In this document: positions 32,341 to 42,163 of the stretch, piece by piece
Numbering within the stretch: the stretch's first letter is position 1
Layout of the letters: the number at the start of each line of letters is the position of its first letter
Assembly: GCA_947503755.1 (NCBI GenBank)
Contig: CANNFC010000001.1
Coordinates: forward strand, 8,808-72,807
Source of the DNA: Rickettsiales bacterium
Lineage (GTDB): Bacteria; Pseudomonadota; Alphaproteobacteria; Rickettsiales; UBA1997
DNA: 64,000 nt
Direction of reading: 5' to 3'
Translations under genes and position numbers: made by a program
Notes under the pieces: model-generated
The model's database searches: none
Told to the model about the DNA's origin: nothing
The model's input: only the letters and a program-made list of their open reading frames with translations

Positions 32341-33654
32341 ATGAGCATTTCCATTACACAACTATCTAATCAAGGTTTAAAATACGAGTTTTTTGTTAAT
32401 ATTGCTTGGGATTTAATCGACCAAAAAATAGATAAAAGAACCGCTAAAGATCAAGAAAACTTTTCACTCAACGGCTTTCGTAAAGGTCAGGTTCCATTAA
32501 ACATTATCAAAGAAAAAAATTTCACCCTATATTTAAGATCAGAACTAGAAACATTGGTCGACAAAACCGTCAATAAAATCTTAGACGACAACAAAATTCA
32601 GCCAGCTTCCTACCCTAAAACTTATATTGAAAAGGCAAATCCAAACGAAAATGCCGAAATTAAAATCATCATCGAAGCAATGCCAACAATACCAGAAGTA
32701 GATTTAACTAAAATAAATCTCACTAAATACGAACTTATCTTGCAAGATGACTTGGTTGAAACTTTTGTTAATAGAAACTTAAAAGGTCTATTAAAGCAAA
32801 CCAAACAACAACCAGATTATCAAGCAAAAATTGGTGATATCGTGGTTATTGATTATGCTGGCACAGTAGAAAATAACAAGTTTGAAGATGGTTTATACCA
32901 AAATCAAAAAATCGAGCTTGGTTCAAAAACTTTGGTTGCCAATTTTGAAGAACAAATGGTTGGTGCCAAAGAAGGCGATAAATTAACAGTGCAAGTTGCT
33001 TTTCCTGCCGATTATTTTAGACCAGTTTATGCTAATAAAAACGGTTCTTTTGAAGTTTCCATAAACGAAGTTTATTCTTACGAAAATCAAGAACTAAACG
33101 ACGATTTTATTAAAGAAAAACTAGGTTTTGAAACAAAAGAAAAACTTTTTAAAAACACTCAGCAACAAATGAAAAAAGGCTACGAAATTACCTTAAAAAA
33201 CATTGTTAAAAAAGAACTATTCGATCAGCTCGATTCTCAATACAAAATTGATTTACCAAAATCTTTATTAGAAAATCAATTAAAAGTAGTTGAAAATCAA
33301 CAAGGTATCGAAAAATTAAATCAAGAACAAAAAACTAAACTAGCAGAAAGAATGGTTCGTTGTGGCATTATCATCAACGATATCGCTAATAAAAACAACA
33401 TTAAAGTTGAAAAAGACGAATTCAATGCCAAAATAAGCGAAATTTTATCTTTCATACCAAATCAAGAAGAAGCAAAATTTTTCTTAGACGAATTGCAAGA
33501 AAATGATGAAATGGCAAATCAAATAGGAGGTTCAATCGTCGAAGAAAAAGTTCTCGATTTTATCAGTAATTATGCCATCATCACCACAAAACAAGTGCAA
33601 GATAAAGAAGTCGATCAAATCTGGTACGATCTTAATAACAATCCTAATTTCTAA
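32341..33654 (+). CDS. tig: Trigger factor
   Basis: The 437-aa protein has the N-terminal ribosome-binding GFRKGQVP motif and a central FKBP-like region (GDIVVIDYAG). Confidence 0.9.
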   Translation: MSISITQLSNQGLKYEFFVNIAWDLIDQKIDKRTAKDQENFSLNGFRKGQVPLNIIKEKNFTLYLRSELETLVDKTVNKILDDNKIQPASYPKTYIEKANPNENAEIKIIIEAMPTIPEVDLTKINLTKYELILQDDLVETFVNRNLKGLLKQTKQQPDYQAKIGDIVVIDYAGTVENNKFEDGLYQNQKIELGSKTLVANFEEQMVGAKEGDKLTVQVAFPADYFRPVYANKNGSFEVSINEVYSYENQELNDDFIKEKLGFETKEKLFKNTQQQMKKGYEITLKNIVKKELFDQLDSQYKIDLPKSLLENQLKVVENQQGIEKLNQEQKTKLAERMVRCGIIINDIANKNNIKVEKDEFNAKISEILSFIPNQEEAKFFLDELQENDEMANQIGGSIVEEKVLDFISNYAIITTKQVQDKEVDQIWYDLNNNPNF

Positions 33655-33657
33655 AAT

Positions 33658-34338
33658 ATGAACGATTTTGTTAATGCTTTAAAACTTGTAGCCTTTCCTA
33701 TTCATAAAGAAGGCTATAAATTTATTATAATTTTCGCCCTTGTAACTGCTTTATTGGCTATATTTAGTAGCAATTTAGGCTTGATAGGTTTGGTTCTTAC
33801 TGCTTGGTGCATTTTTTTCTTTCGCGATCCAGATCGTATTTCACCAATTCAAGATAATGTCATCATTAGCCCAGCAGATGGTGTAATCACTAGGGTCGAA
33901 TACAATGCAGATGCTCCAGAAGAGCTTGGCTATAACAACACCAAATTTAATAAAATCAGCATTTTTCTTAATGTATTTAATGTTCATGTCAACAGAGTGC
34001 CATTTTCTGGTTCGGTAATTAAAATCATCTATAAGCCAGGCAAATTTTATAGTGCCAATGCCGAAGAAGCTAGTTTTGATAACGAAAGAAACTCGGTAGT
34101 CATCAAAACTGCCAGTGGTCACGAAATAATTTTTGTGCAAGTGGCGGGTTTGGTAGCCAGAAGAATAATCTCTGATCTCAAAGAGGGTCAAGAAGTTATC
34201 GCAGGTCAAAGATATGGCATAATTCGTTTTGGTAGCAGAGTTGATATGTATCTACCAGAAGACATAGAAATTCAATCTTTACTTGGTCAAACCATGATTG
34301 GGGGCGAAACTGTTCTTGCCAAAATCAACCATAAATAA
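33658..34338 (+). CDS. psd: Phosphatidylserine decarboxylase proenzyme (short form)
   Basis: The 226-aa protein has an N-terminal TM segment and the self-cleavage motif RFGSRVD. Confidence 0.85.
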   Translation: MNDFVNALKLVAFPIHKEGYKFIIIFALVTALLAIFSSNLGLIGLVLTAWCIFFFRDPDRISPIQDNVIISPADGVITRVEYNADAPEELGYNNTKFNKISIFLNVFNVHVNRVPFSGSVIKIIYKPGKFYSANAEEASFDNERNSVVIKTASGHEIIFVQVAGLVARRIISDLKEGQEVIAGQRYGIIRFGSRVDMYLPEDIEIQSLLGQTMIGGETVLAKINHK

Positions 34339-34355
34339 AATAAAGTTTCTTAAAT

Positions 34356-35891
34356 ATGACTTCTGCAAATATTTTACAACTTATTGCTAAAAGAGAAGAG
34401 GCAACAATTGGCGGTGGCCAAAAAAGAATCGATATTCAGCATTCTAAAGGAAAACTCACCGCTCGAGAAAGAATCGAAGTTTTGCTCGATCCAAACTCTT
34501 TTGAAGAATATGGTTTATATGTTGAGCATCGTTGCATAGATTTTAATATGGATGATAAAAAACACCCAGGAGATGGTGTGGTTACTGGTCATGGCACAAT
34601 TAATGGTCGATTGGTTCTTGTGTATAGTCAAGATTTTACTGTAATGGGCGGTTCGTTAGGCGAGGCACATGCCAAAAAAATCTGCAATATTTTAGATAAG
34701 GCAATGCAAGCAGGTGCTCCAATTATTGGCATCAACGATTCTGGCGGAGCTAGAATTCAAGAAGGGGTCGACTCTTTAGCTGGTTATGGCGAAATTTTTC
34801 AAAGAAATATCGATGCCAGCGGGGTTGTTCCGCAAATATCTCTAATTATGGGCCCTTGTGCTGGCGGGGCGGTTTATTCGCCTGCTCTTACCGACTTTGT
34901 AATTATGGTCGAAAACTCTTCTTATATGTTTGTAACTGGTCCAGATGTGGTTAAAACAGTAACTCATGAAACCGTTTCGCAAGAAGATTTGGGCGGTGCT
35001 TCTGTGCATGCCGTTAAAAGTGGGGTTGCTCATCTATCTTTTAAGAGTGAAATAGAAACCTTGTTGCAAACTAGAAGACTAATTAATTTTTTACCACTTT
35101 CCAATACCCAAAAAGCTCCGCAAGTGCCCGTCAACGACAACCCCGATCGTGTCGATATTGCCCTTAACACTTTGGTGCCAGAAAACCCAAATCAACCCTA
35201 TAATATGCGAGAATTGGTAGAAAAAATTCTCGATGAAAGTAATTTTTTAGAAATTCAACCAAATTATGCCAAAAATATTATGGTTGGCTTTGGCAGAATG
35301 GAAGGCTCAACAGTTGGCATTGTTGCGAACCAACCAATGCAATTAGCTGGCTGTCTAGATATCAAAGCAAGCGAAAAAGCGGCACGCTTTATTCGTTTTT
35401 GCGATGCTTTTAACATTCCGATCATTACTTTTGTTGATGTGCCAGGTTTTTTACCAGGAACCGATCAAGAACACAACGGCATCATTAAACACGGAGCAAA
35501 ATTGCTCTATGCTTATGGCGAGGCTACCGTGCCAAAAATCACCATCATTACCCGAAAAGCTTATGGCGGTGCCTATATTGTGATGAATTCAAAACACTTA
35601 AAAGGCGATGTTAATTATGCTTGGTCAAATGCCGAAATTGCTGTAATGGGCCCCGAAGGTGCAGTTGAAATTATTTTTCGTGAAGATGCCAAAAATCCAG
35701 AAGCAAAAGCTAAAAGAGTGGCAGAATATCGTCAAAAATTCGCTTCTCCTTTTGTGGCTGCATCAAGGGGTTTTCTTGACGAAGTTATCTATCCGCAAAA
35801 CACCAGAAAAAGCATTTGTTTAGCTCTACAAATTTTAAAAAACAAAAAAGTCAATAAAATCTGGAAAAAGCACGACAACTTGCCTCTATAA
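34356..35891 (+). CDS. pccB: Propionyl-CoA carboxylase beta chain / carboxyltransferase
   Basis: The 511-aa protein has the carboxyltransferase pattern [23 protein letters not shown] and [11 protein letters not shown]. Confidence 0.9.
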   Translation: MTSANILQLIAKREEATIGGGQKRIDIQHSKGKLTARERIEVLLDPNSFEEYGLYVEHRCIDFNMDDKKHPGDGVVTGHGTINGRLVLVYSQDFTVMGGSLGEAHAKKICNILDKAMQAGAPIIGINDSGGARIQEGVDSLAGYGEIFQRNIDASGVVPQISLIMGPCAGGAVYSPALTDFVIMVENSSYMFVTGPDVVKTVTHETVSQEDLGGASVHAVKSGVAHLSFKSEIETLLQTRRLINFLPLSNTQKAPQVPVNDNPDRVDIALNTLVPENPNQPYNMRELVEKILDESNFLEIQPNYAKNIMVGFGRMEGSTVGIVANQPMQLAGCLDIKASEKAARFIRFCDAFNIPIITFVDVPGFLPGTDQEHNGIIKHGAKLLYAYGEATVPKITIITRKAYGGAYIVMNSKHLKGDVNYAWSNAEIAVMGPEGAVEIIFREDAKNPEAKAKRVAEYRQKFASPFVAASRGFLDEVIYPQNTRKSICLALQILKNKKVNKIWKKHDNLPL

Positions 35892-35925
35892 AATCACCAC
35901 AAAACCCTAAAAATAAACAAAAAAA

Positions 35926-36843
35926 ATGACTCAGCAAAACAACGAAAAACAAAAACATGGTTTAGTCGCAATTGTTGGGGCTCCTAATGCAGGAAAATCA
36001 ACCATCACCAATGCTTTAACTGCTGTTAAGCTTGCCATTGTTTCACCAAAAGTGCAAACCACCAGAACTTCTCTTAAAGCCATTATTAATCAAGAAGAAA
36101 ACCAATTAATCATTATTGACACCCCTGGTATTTTTATTCCTCAAGATCATAGAATTTTAGAAAGAATAATTGTTAAAACAGCTTGGCAAGCACTAAGAGA
36201 AGCCGATCACATTTGTTTTGTGGTTGATGTTTCTTGTGGCATAAATAAGCAAAATCAACAAATAATTTCTGATCTCAAAAAAGAACAATTGCCCATCACT
36301 GTGGTGCTCAATAAAATTGATTTAGTAAAAAAATACAAACTTTTACAAATTATTGCCGATCTACAAAATTTAGGTTTAGATCAAATCATTCCAATTTCTG
36401 CCCTACAAAACGACGGCATAGAGCAACTAAAAAGCTTTTTATTTACACAATGTCAACAACCGGGTTGGCAATATCAACAAAACGAAATAACCACCGCTTC
36501 GCATCGTTTTTTAGCTAGTGAAATCACCAGAGAGCAATTATTTTTACATCTCAACCAAGAAATACCTTATCAACTCAATGTTTTAACCGATTCTTATCAA
36601 ATTTTTGATAATAAATCAATTAAAATACATCAAACAATTTTAGTAAGTAAAAACAATCAAAAAACCATTATTTTAGGCAAAAATGGCGAAATGATAAAAA
36701 AAATCGGTATGCTCGCCAAGCAAGAAATTGCCAATCTTGTCAAAACAAGAGTTCATTTATTTTTATTTGTGAAAGTCAACGAAAACTGGATGAGAAATAT
36801 TGACAATTTTGAAAATATCAAACTAGATAAACTACCACTATGA
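35926..36843 (+). CDS. era: GTPase Era
   Basis: G1 GAPNAGKST, G3 DTPG and G4 NKID motifs are present, with a C-terminal KH domain. Confidence 0.9.
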   Translation: MTQQNNEKQKHGLVAIVGAPNAGKSTITNALTAVKLAIVSPKVQTTRTSLKAIINQEENQLIIIDTPGIFIPQDHRILERIIVKTAWQALREADHICFVVDVSCGINKQNQQIISDLKKEQLPITVVLNKIDLVKKYKLLQIIADLQNLGLDQIIPISALQNDGIEQLKSFLFTQCQQPGWQYQQNEITTASHRFLASEITREQLFLHLNQEIPYQLNVLTDSYQIFDNKSIKIHQTILVSKNNQKTIILGKNGEMIKKIGMLAKQEIANLVKTRVHLFLFVKVNENWMRNIDNFENIKLDKLPL

Positions 36844-37568
36844 AAACACTGCTCGGAGTAAATATCGATCATGTTGCCACCATCAGAAATGCCAGAGGTG
36901 GCAATCATCCTTGTGTGGTTGAGGCGGCAATTATGGCTGAAAAATCTGGTGCCGATGGCATCACCGTGCATCTTCGCGAAGACAGAAGGCACATCAAAGA
37001 CCTCGATTTAATAGAAATAAAGCAAAAAATTAATTTGCCAATCAACCTCGAAATGGCTGCCACCGCAGAAATGTTAACAATAGCTCAAAACATTAAGCCA
37101 CACAGTGTTTGTTTGGTTCCAGAAAAAAGAAACGAAATCACCACCGAAGGCGGTTTAAATTTGGTAATGCATCAACAACATTTTGCCGATTTTATTTCTG
37201 TTCTCAAAAAGCAAAATATCTTGGTTTCTTTGTTTATCAATCCCTATTTGTCTCACATTGAAATTGCCAAAAATATTGGTGCCGACATTGTCGAGCTACA
37301 TACTGGCGAATTTTGTCATAGTTTTGGCTCACAAAAAACCGCAGAAATCTATCAACAACTAGTTGCTTCGGCAAATTTTGCTAAAAAACTCGGTTTATCT
37401 TGCCATGCCGGGCATGGGCTAAACTATCAAACTGCTTTTGAAGTGGCAAAAATCAAAGAAATTACCGAATTAAACATTGGGCATTTTATCATCGGCGAAG
37501 CCATATTTTATGGGCTTCCTTATGTAATACAAAAAATGCAAAGAATTTTAAAACAAGCAAGAGAATAA
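36840..37568 (+). CDS. pdxJ: Pyridoxine 5'-phosphate synthase
   Basis: LGVNIDHVATIRNARG, HLREDRRHI and ELHTG motifs are present. It overlaps era by 4 nt. Confidence 0.95.
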   Translation: MKTLLGVNIDHVATIRNARGGNHPCVVEAAIMAEKSGADGITVHLREDRRHIKDLDLIEIKQKINLPINLEMAATAEMLTIAQNIKPHSVCLVPEKRNEITTEGGLNLVMHQQHFADFISVLKKQNILVSLFINPYLSHIEIAKNIGADIVELHTGEFCHSFGSQKTAEIYQQLVASANFAKKLGLSCHAGHGLNYQTAFEVAKIKEITELNIGHFIIGEAIFYGLPYVIQKMQRILKQARE

Positions 37569-37577
37569 ATAAAAAAC

Positions 37578-38108
37578 ATGAAAAAATTATTGTATTTTTT
37601 GGTTTTTATTTGTTTTTCTTTTGCTAATTTGGCGGTCGCTCAAAATATTGCTATCAAACAAAATATTCCACAAGCCAAAATGGTTGGCAGTTATTGTTTT
37701 AATGCTTTTGGTTTTAAAATTTATCACATCGAATTGTGGAGTAAAAATGGCAAATTCAACTACGAGCAACCTTTGGCATTAAGCATAACTTATCATAAAA
37801 ATTTTTCTGCTTCGCAATTAGCAAACAAAACCGCTACCGAAATGCAAAAAACCAACCAACTCACTCAACAGCAACTTGCAAAATATATGGTTTATATCAA
37901 TAAATTATTTGTTGATGTTAAGAAAAACCAAAATAAAACAGCAATTTTTATGCCAAACGGCAACTTAACAATTTTTCTTGAGCAGCAAAAAATTTCTGAA
38001 GTAGACAGTTTAGAATTCGCCAAAGATTTTTTAAACATTTGGCTTAGCCCAAAATCTAGCTACCCAAAAATGTCTTCTGCCCTCACTAATACCATTTCTA
38101 CTAATTAA
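37578..38108 (+). CDS. Hypothetical exported protein (possibly chalcone-isomerase-like fold family)
   Basis: A signal peptide (MKKLLYFLVFICFSFANLAVAQ) is present. The pattern GFKIYHIELW...PLALSITYHKNFSA resembles that family, but I cannot confirm it. The stop codon (38106-38108) lies in the first bases of repeat cluster D. Confidence 0.5.
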   Translation: MKKLLYFLVFICFSFANLAVAQNIAIKQNIPQAKMVGSYCFNAFGFKIYHIELWSKNGKFNYEQPLALSITYHKNFSASQLANKTATEMQKTNQLTQQQLAKYMVYINKLFVDVKKNQNKTAIFMPNGNLTIFLEQQKISEVDSLEFAKDFLNIWLSPKSSYPKMSSALTNTISTN

Positions 38109-38410
38109 ATTCCCCTTCTGTGGCGGGCGAAGCGATGGAGGGGTAGTGTTTGCAAGCAAAACTCGGTCATAATTTCCTGCACTAATGAAGGGGTAGCACG
38201 AAGTGCGGGGGCAGGGTCGGCAAGCAAAACTCGGTCAGAATTCCCCTTTTTTAGAAGGGGTGGATTTTTTTGCGACAGCAAAAAAAGACCAAGGTAGTGT
38301 CGGCAAGCCACCTTAGGATCTTCCTCGAAAAAACATCGGCGATCGTCTCCCAACAATACCCCGCACCAATTCGCAGCCACCCCTTCGTTAGTGCAGGGAA
38401 TTGAGATCGA
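38106..38410. repeat. Palindromic repeat cluster D: nested or composite R1-type elements that fill the whole intergenic gap
   Basis: Variant ends aatttcctgcactaatgaagggg / ccccttcgttagtgcagggaattgagatc enclose a second element. 38239-38300 is a perfect 62-nt inverted match to 42009-42070. Confidence 0.9.
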
Positions 38411-38416
38411 TTAAAA

Positions 38417-41400
38417 TTAAATATTCTCTACCGTTGAGATTTCTTCTTCGGTGAGTTGATACAGGGCATAAACCATTTCGTCGATTTTGGCATCTGTTTG
38501 GTTGAAAGTGAGTTGCAATTTTTTGACTTCGGCTTGCTTTTCTTTTAATCGAGCAAGCCACTTTTCTTCTTGTTTGGCAGTGAGATTTATTTTTTGTAAA
38601 GTGATGGCTTGCAAAAACTCTCCCCAAGAAAGTTCGCTCCACCTAGCAAGCTGTTTATTGATGTTTATTGTGGCAAATTCTCCTGTAAGTAATTCAAAAA
38701 ATTGAGTGTTAATAAAATCAATTTGGCTGTTAATTTGCATCATCAACTCAACTTTTTGAACAATTTCGGTTTGTTGTTTTTGGCTTGCAATGATGATTGG
38801 TATTTTGCACAGCGGTTCAATATCTAGCTGATAGTTTGAGCCTTGCATTTTACCTTTATTTTTTAAATAAAAAGCGACAAGTTTTGAGTTTAAAACCCCA
38901 GTAAGATATTTTAGGTTTATATCGTTTGGTTTGACGATATTAAAAGTTCTGTCAACATAAGAATCAAAATCAATATAACTAAAACGAGGTCTTAATGTTG
39001 ATTTTCTAACGACTAATATTTTTTTCCCTAAAAATATTATTTCTTTTCTAGCACAATGTAAACCATAAGGCTTATTCATTGAGGTTATAATTTTTTTAAA
39101 TTTATCTAAATGTTTTTTGATGTTTGGATAATTGTTAATTTTATTTGGTTTTTTAAAGCTGGAATTTGTATAAATTGCCCATCTAGTGTTTTTATTATTG
39201 GCAAAATATCTGTCAATTTCTTTGGTGGTATATTCTGGTTTGATAATTTCAAGCTCTTGTGTAGTTAAGTTTAAAGCATCTTTTTCTGCTGTGGTGATGC
39301 TAAAAATTCCGTCGCCAATTTTAAAATCTTTACCAAGAATCTTTTTACTTTTTTTATTAACAATATCTTGCGAATAATCTATTGTGCTAAAAATATCATC
39401 TTTTTTCAATCTATAGTTACCTACTTTTTCGAGTTTATCAAAAAGTGGTTTTAAATTATCACTTACAAAGTGAATGGTTTTATCAAGTAAATCAGCGGTT
39501 GCAAGCTCTATTTTTTCAAAAGTGCTTTTTGTGAGGCTTTCAGAAATTGCCACTTGCTTTTGGGTAAATAATTTTTCGGTTGTGTTATTTAGTTTGCAAT
39601 ACTCTACAATATGTGTGGCGGTTGGTGTTTTTTGCAAGCAAAATATCATAGTTTGAATTTCGGCGGTTTTAAAAACTTTGTTATCGTTAAAATCAACATA
39701 CGAAATCAGTGTTGCTTCTTGCAAAATTTTGTTACGAGTTTTTGAGGCTCCGTGGTTGGTAAGTAAGCTGTTTGGGGCAATATAAGATAAGTAGCAGTTT
39801 TTGTTTAATAAATCAAGCCCAAGACAAGCAAAAAATTGCCAAAAATCCATTTTGCCTTGATAATATTGCGAAGCAAAAGGAGGCTTGTTTTGTTGTGGCG
39901 AATGTTTGGTTGATTTATACTTTTTATTAGCAGGGTTTAGTGGCTCAAAAATTTCTCGGTGCTTGTCTTCTTTAATGTAGGGCGGGTTGCCAATAATAAC
40001 ATCAAATTTAAAATTAAATTCTTTTTGCCAATCAAATGCTAGCGACTTGCTAAATATATTAGCTTGCCTTTCTTTGTAAATATCGCCAATCATGTCGTTG
40101 GCGGTGCCTGTTAATTCGTAAATAACTTTGCCTTCGTATTCGTCATATCGACCAGCGATGTTTTCATCTTCTATTAAACTGTTGCCGATTTTGATGTTAT
40201 CGTTGAGATTTAATAGTTTTTCTTTGTGATGGGCGGTTTTTAGCCACAGTGAAAGCTTGGTAATTTCAACCGAATTTGGGTTGATGTCGACTCCATAAAT
40301 ATTATTTTGTAAAATAAACTGATGATGATTGCTGATGCCTAATTTTCTGGCTTCGTTGGTTAAAAAATCAAAAACCTCTACTAAAAAAGCTCCACTTCCG
40401 CAAGCGGGATCGAGCACTTTTATAGAGAGCAAAGCTTTTTTATATTCTTCTAAAAACTTTGTTGAACCTTCGTAAAAAATTGTGGCAATTTGTGTTTTTT
40501 TGTCGTTTAGCCATTTGCCAATTGTTTGACTTACGATATATTTGGTAACATAAGAAGGGGTGTAGTAGACTCCAAATTTTTCTTGCTCGTTTTTTTCTGT
40601 TGTGGCAAAGTTTATGTCTTCTTGGGCTTCGTTTTGTAGATCGGAAATTGATTTTTCAAAAATATGCCCCAAAATTTCAACATCAAGATCGCTTCTAAAT
40701 GCATAATCGATAACAAACAACAACTTATCAATTTCTTCATCTTCAATGCAAAGCTCATCAAGAAATTTATCTTCTTTAAATAGCCCGCCGTTAAATGCTG
40801 GCACTTGCGGATTGCTTTTATTGTTGCCAATATTAAGAGAACGAAAAATATCTTTTAGATGATTATATTTAGAGCCATAAACCTGCTCTTTAACAAATTT
40901 ACTTAATGTATTGTGCGGTATTAGGCCCCTTTCTTGGCAAAATACAATAAAAATTATTCTTCTTAACAGTTTATCTGATGCATAAAGGCAAAAACCTTTG
41001 CGAGATTGTAATTGATTAACCTCAATTAAATGCTGTTTTAACCTTGTTCGATTGTGTTTGTATAAATTATAAAAATCTTCTTGAATTCTTTCTTTTTCTT
41101 CTTCGCGATCAACAATAATTTTATGCACCGGCGATTGTTGATTTTGCTTGGTAAACAGCCTGTCAAAAGATAGTAAAAAGTGGAATTCTTTTAGTTTGTT
41201 GGCATTTTTGGCAAGCTCGGTAATAAAAAACGAGTGATATTTGCTAGAGTCAGATGCCTTATAAAGCCGAATTTCGGCAAAGTTGCTCACAATTACCCAT
41301 TCGCACTTGCCACCAACTTTTGGGGCATATAAAAAACCCTGCTCAATGGGAGTGATGGCAAGGCCTTTGCGGTTTTGATTTTTATCAAGATTAACATTAC

Positions 41401-41767
41401 TTGCTTTCAGCTCAATTACTGCTCGAATATCGCCTGCTTTGATATTGCTTGTGGTGATATCTTGATTTTGGTAGCTTTGCAAATTAAAGCCCAAAATGCC
41501 ATCTGGTCTTCTGCCGTCGTTGGTGCCAGATTCCCACCATAAAGTATTGTGTTGATTGCCTGTTTCGCCTTGATAACCAAGGATTTTAACAAAAAAATCT
41601 TGCAAAAAATTGTGTTGATGCTGTATTTCGTTTTCTATGCCACAAGAATTTTCGCAGGCATTTTGCCATCTTGCTAAAATATTGTTTTGGATGTTTGAAA
41701 TATCGTCATCGGAGAGCTGGTGATAACTAGTAACATCGAGTGATTTTTGATTAAAGAGGCTGTTCAT
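38417..41767 (-). CDS. Single-polypeptide Type IIG/IIL restriction-modification enzyme (N-terminal nuclease, gamma-class N6-adenine MTase, C-terminal specificity region)
   Basis: The 1116-aa protein has N-terminal RRPDGILGF...AVIELKAS (PD...ExK). Motif I VLDPACGSGAFL precedes motif IV IIGNPPYI. The C-terminal tail ALYQLTEEEISTVE is typical of this enzyme class. Confidence 0.8.
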   Translation of the reverse strand: MNSLFNQKSLDVTSYHQLSDDDISNIQNNILARWQNACENSCGIENEIQHQHNFLQDFFVKILGYQGETGNQHNTLWWESGTNDGRRPDGILGFNLQSYQNQDITTSNIKAGDIRAVIELKASNVNLDKNQNRKGLAITPIEQGFLYAPKVGGKCEWVIVSNFAEIRLYKASDSSKYHSFFITELAKNANKLKEFHFLLSFDRLFTKQNQQSPVHKIIVDREEEKERIQEDFYNLYKHNRTRLKQHLIEVNQLQSRKGFCLYASDKLLRRIIFIVFCQERGLIPHNTLSKFVKEQVYGSKYNHLKDIFRSLNIGNNKSNPQVPAFNGGLFKEDKFLDELCIEDEEIDKLLFVIDYAFRSDLDVEILGHIFEKSISDLQNEAQEDINFATTEKNEQEKFGVYYTPSYVTKYIVSQTIGKWLNDKKTQIATIFYEGSTKFLEEYKKALLSIKVLDPACGSGAFLVEVFDFLTNEARKLGISNHHQFILQNNIYGVDINPNSVEITKLSLWLKTAHHKEKLLNLNDNIKIGNSLIEDENIAGRYDEYEGKVIYELTGTANDMIGDIYKERQANIFSKSLAFDWQKEFNFKFDVIIGNPPYIKEDKHREIFEPLNPANKKYKSTKHSPQQNKPPFASQYYQGKMDFWQFFACLGLDLLNKNCYLSYIAPNSLLTNHGASKTRNKILQEATLISYVDFNDNKVFKTAEIQTMIFCLQKTPTATHIVEYCKLNNTTEKLFTQKQVAISESLTKSTFEKIELATADLLDKTIHFVSDNLKPLFDKLEKVGNYRLKKDDIFSTIDYSQDIVNKKSKKILGKDFKIGDGIFSITTAEKDALNLTTQELEIIKPEYTTKEIDRYFANNKNTRWAIYTNSSFKKPNKINNYPNIKKHLDKFKKIITSMNKPYGLHCARKEIIFLGKKILVVRKSTLRPRFSYIDFDSYVDRTFNIVKPNDINLKYLTGVLNSKLVAFYLKNKGKMQGSNYQLDIEPLCKIPIIIASQKQQTEIVQKVELMMQINSQIDFINTQFFELLTGEFATININKQLARWSELSWGEFLQAITLQKINLTAKQEEKWLARLKEKQAEVKKLQLTFNQTDAKIDEMVYALYQLTEEEISTVENI

Positions 41768-41865
41768 TTTACTATTTTAAAGCTGTTTTTTAAAAAAAAT
41801 GATTTTATAGCTGGCTACTTAAAAATCTAGATTTATTTTGGTTGAATGAAAGATGGTATAAACTT

Positions 41866-42159
41866 CGATATAATACCATTTACATAAATAAATACCACAC
41901 TTCGATCTAAATTCCCCTTCTTGTAGAAGGGGTGGCACGAAGTGCCGGGGTAGTGTCGGCAACACACGGTAGAATCTTCTTCGAAAACACATCGGCGATC
42001 GTCTTCCAACACTACCTTGGTCTTTTTTTGCTGTCGCAAAAAAATCCACCCCTTCTAAAAAAGGGGAATTTTGCACCGCATTCGATCTAAATTTCTCTTC
42101 CAGGGGATGGGGAATTTAGATCGAAGTGTGGTATTTATTTATGTAAATGGTATTATATC
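41866..42159. mobile_element. MITE-like non-autonomous element (294 bp) with perfect 51-bp terminal inverted repeats; repeat cluster E
   Basis: 41866-41916 is the exact reverse complement of 42109-42159 (gatataataccatttacataaataaataccacacttcgatctaaattcccc). The interior is a full R1 module plus a mini-palindrome. It encodes no protein. Confidence 0.85.
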
Positions 42160-42163
42160 ATCT

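Noticed and set aside
38417-41767. Whether the large NPPY methyltransferase fusion is a BREX PglX.
   Set aside because: No brxA/B/C, pglZ or brxL-like genes flank it. It has its own N-terminal PD...ExK nuclease-like region, which fits a stand-alone Type IIG/IIL enzyme better.
38106-42159. Whether the recurring palindromic repeats are a CRISPR array.
   Set aside because: The repeats are not regularly spaced and have no unique spacers of uniform length. They are long, nested and dispersed over 55 kb. No cas genes are present.
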